Shown here piece after piece: positions 63,590-64,000 of a DNA stretch of 64,000 nucleotides. The translations under genes and the position numbers were made by a program. Under the pieces are notes generated by a model, which had not been told where the DNA came from, ran no database searches, and saw nothing but the letters and a program-made list of their open reading frames with translations. Each line of letters starts with the position of its first letter. The first letter of the stretch is position 1. Source of the DNA: an uncultured bacterium (lineage in GTDB: Bacteria > UBP4 > UBA4092); assembly GCA_964644695.1 (NCBI GenBank), contig CAZXWN010000003.1:186001-250000 (forward strand). Direction: 5' to 3'.

Positions 63590-64000
63590 ATGGATGTAAA
63601 ACTGCCTAATCTCGGTGAAGGTGCTGACAGCGGAACGGTGGTCGGCGTCCTTGTTAATGTGGGAGATATGGTTTCAGAAGGACAAACCATTCTGGAACTG
63701 GAGAATGAGAAAGCTATTGCTCCCATTCCTGCTCCGGTCTCAGGAAAAGTCGCGAAAGTACTGGTTAAGGAAGGCCAGAAACTTTCTGTGGGACAGGTCA
63801 TATTGACCCTTGAAGGCGATGGCGCTGCTGCTCCCAAAGAACCCGCTCCTGCTCCAGCAGCCAAGCTCACTGCTGCGCCGGTCGTTCCGGTTAACACGGC
63901 TCCAGCATCAATACCGGTTATCCCTCAGGGCGTTCCCCTGTATCAACCGATTGAGACGGGATTGCCTCCCGCTGCGGCTCCTTCTATCCGCAAGATGGCT
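63590..64000 (+). CDS. aceF: pyruvate dehydrogenase E2 dihydrolipoamide acetyltransferase, N-terminal part (3' truncated)
   Basis: MDVKLPNLGEG...ELENEKA lipoyl domain, Ala/Pro linker and start of the E3-binding AAPSIRK; directly after aceE; absent from the ORF track. Confidence 0.92.
   Translation, partial: MDVKLPNLGEGADSGTVVGVLVNVGDMVSEGQTILELENEKAIAPIPAPVSGKVAKVLVKEGQKLSVGQVILTLEGDGAAAPKEPAPAPAAKLTAAPVVPVNTAPASIPVIPQGVPLYQPIETGLPPAAAPSIRKMA

Overview
Bacterial chromosomal window with no rRNA, tRNA, CRISPR array, transposase or integrase that I could recognise. Housekeeping genes include aspS, mutL, gltA, rnhA, comB, pyrD/pyrF/pyrE, an FKBP PPIase, a lipoate ligase, aceE and the 5' end of aceF. 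Sugar-handling genes include a plant-type glucuronokinase translationally coupled to a GalU-like pyrophosphorylase, a PfkB kinase with a D-lyxose isomerase, a GH2-like protein and a DUF4434-like hydrolase. A large cell-surface block at 34.7-54.1 kb carries Wzm/Wzt, a GT4-GT2-GT4 fusion, two ankyrin lipoproteins, an ArnT-like GT, three prepilin-type paralogues and three secreted proteins sharing a C-terminal Ig-like module. The most notable non-coding signals are: a conserved ~280-nt leader with compensatory changes in front of two pilin genes; 5' hairpins displaying an orphan AAGGAGGTGA in front of two secreted-protein genes; an AraC gene bracketed by a 28-bp direct repeat; a structured leader with a Met-Glu-stop mini-ORF upstream of an ABC-F gene; five dispersed copies of a 33-bp palindrome; and a candidate stand-alone structured RNA near 58.3 kb. 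All calls come from reading motifs by eye; no database searches or folding programs were run.
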